Below are positions 62,394-64,000 of a stretch of DNA of 64,000 nucleotides, piece after piece. The translations under genes were made by a program, and so were the position numbers. The stretch's first letter is position 1, and each line of letters begins with the position of its first letter. The notes beneath the pieces were generated by a model. It did no database searches. It was not told where the DNA came from and saw nothing but the letters and a program-made list of their open reading frames with translations. Origin of the DNA: Phoronis australis (lineage: Eukaryota; Animalia; Phoronida); the NCBI GenBank assembly GCA_002633005.1, contig NMRA01000026.1, positions 1,665,599 through 1,729,598 of the forward strand. Direction: 5' to 3'.

Positions 62394-64000
62394 TAAAATA
62401 CACGTCTACAAACTACACACTATGAAACGTGGAGGGAAGAGAAAAGACACTGCGCACGCTCAGCAGTGATATATGAGTCTGTAATGATAAATAGTGTCTG
62501 GTCATGGGAGCGATTCTAATCAACATTTTATGGAAAAGGACAGAACGACAAACTTGAATAAAAAACAACGTAGGCCCAGATGACGTCTAACTTTTGTCGG
62601 TAATGTAAATCCTGAGGTTTGAATATTTTTGGAATAGGGTTGCTGTTTAGAGAAGCCTGGAAAATGCCACTCCAGGGACTTTTGATATTTTTGCTAAAAT
62701 TAACCAAGTCTGTAATTCATTTACGCTAAAACCCTTACATCTTCATAAGCAAATTTAAGTGTCAGCACGTAACTAACGCGCTATTTGTTTATTTCAAGGC
62801 CGGCGGTTATTGAACCAAGTTTTGAACACACGCACGACCTATTTTGAACAATGAATGATACTAATAGGTTTTTTTTAAAATTCTATTTCGCAATTTGTTT
62901 TTCTCTTTAAACCGGGCATATTTACAGAAGCAATACCAGTGGCTATCACTGACTGGTATTTTTTCACTGTCGTCGTTTTCAAACGAATTCATTTCCTCAT
63001 AACCAGCGTGACGTTTTTAAAGATATCACGTAGGCTTAAAAATAACACATGAATACGCAGTTTTATTATTTTATTTGTCGGTTTTCAGAGATTTTTGGAC
63101 ACTTGCTTTACCAAGTTTTGGTAAAAGTTTATTACCATTTAGTGGGCATGGAACCGTTTGACAGTTTTGTATTGAAAGGCCACTGATCGTTTCAATGAGC
63201 GGCAGTCCGTCTCATTGGGAATCTACGCAGTTAACAACTCACTGTCGACAACTATTGAATTATTGAAGTGGCCCAACAAAGCAAAAGTTGGCGATTTAAA
63301 ATGAACAAAAATTACCCTACTGTACACGTATGCTATTGTTGAATGGTGTGGATAGCATAAACCATTCAAATAAACACAGGTTCCGAGAGTGATGAATGGC
63401 CCTATATTTAATTTTTTATATAAGTTCATATTCTTTGCCTGGCGTGTTGCTTGCTTTACAGCCGTTGTCTGCTCTCCTGATTTACACGGTCAAGGGTTTG
63501 TGATTTCTGAAGCCTACAGTCGATGAGATCACGTTACGATATTTGACGCCTGCACTACGCCTGTCATCTACTGAACTGCACGTGCACAAAATCTTGCTTT
63601 TTTGAACTCGGGTAGCAAGAACTGAAGGTGAAGTACCACCGGGAACAAATGACAGCGAAGTTTCCACCCATTAAAAATCTCGTTCTTGAAACAGAAATGC
63701 ACACTAAATAGTGCCGCAAATTTTTTAAATGAATTTAATTAAATTAGTATTAGTCAAGAAGTCACAACGACTTGGTGAGCCAAGTGTGTTATGTTCTACC
63801 ACTTGTCAAGATTTAGCCTCTTGAACAATTTTCTGTCATGTGACACCATTCAAAAGTCCACGAAAATATGATTTATCATTACTTTTATATCACATTGTAT
63901 AATATTTAGCAGAAAGATTACAAAATAAGATTGAAAGCTGTCAGTCGTCAGTACAAGTGCCATGCGCGCACCCAGGGAGCATCGGGGGGGGGGGGGGGGG

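Larger units (their letters stand above)
58637..62525 (-). mobile_element. Ty1/copia LTR retrotransposon, degenerate (gag-PR-IN-RT-RH, frameshifted)
   Basis: Gag (AYAELVQVLD...DGKAAYQTLKAHY), two CCHC-type knuckles, protease LLVDCGATSHM, WHVILGH/CETC and VHTDVCGP...NGKSER integrase, RT KARYVAKGYSQ, QMDVKGAYLN, SLYGLRQSGRNW and WVDD, RNase H GYSDSDWAG...SSCEAEY...TKHID...ADIF. Copia domain order. 3' LTR at 58637-58806 (TG...CA, 170 bp); truncated 5' LTR at 62394-62525. Confidence 0.95.

Noticed and set aside
63455-63670. Exon-like segment with faint resemblance to a ZP-domain start (VVCSPD...)
   Set aside because: Requires several frameshifts; too weak to support.

Overview
Eukaryotic, AT-rich, intron- and repeat-rich DNA, probably a draft assembly of a marine invertebrate (taxon is inference only). 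Genes: (1) the first two coding exons of a DOK7-like PH/PTB adaptor on the minus strand (15418-15362, 13916-13871), not resolved by the ORF track, with the rest presumably left of the window; (2) an intronless rolling-stone-like membrane protein (7665-8534, +) apparently nested antisense in the DOK7 intron; (3) a complete ~20-coding-exon CCAR1 gene (18774-36363, +), head-to-head with DOK7; (4) an arylamine N-acetyltransferase with an intronless CDS (55724-56626, -). Mobile DNA: a decayed Kolobok-like element with convergent THAP and P2X7-ballast/KolX-like fragments, two TIR elements with target-site duplications between DOK7 and CCAR1, a Helentron/HINE-type element, gypsy-type protease relics, a degenerate Ty1/copia element with 170-bp LTRs, several MITEs and minisatellites. 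Region 43.5-53.9 kb is a near-tandem duplication across an N gap, most likely two alleles assembled side by side. I found no evidence of a wholly new biological system. The best leads are the hidden DOK7 exons, the nested gene, the TE-expanded divergent promoter and the THAP/KolX relic.
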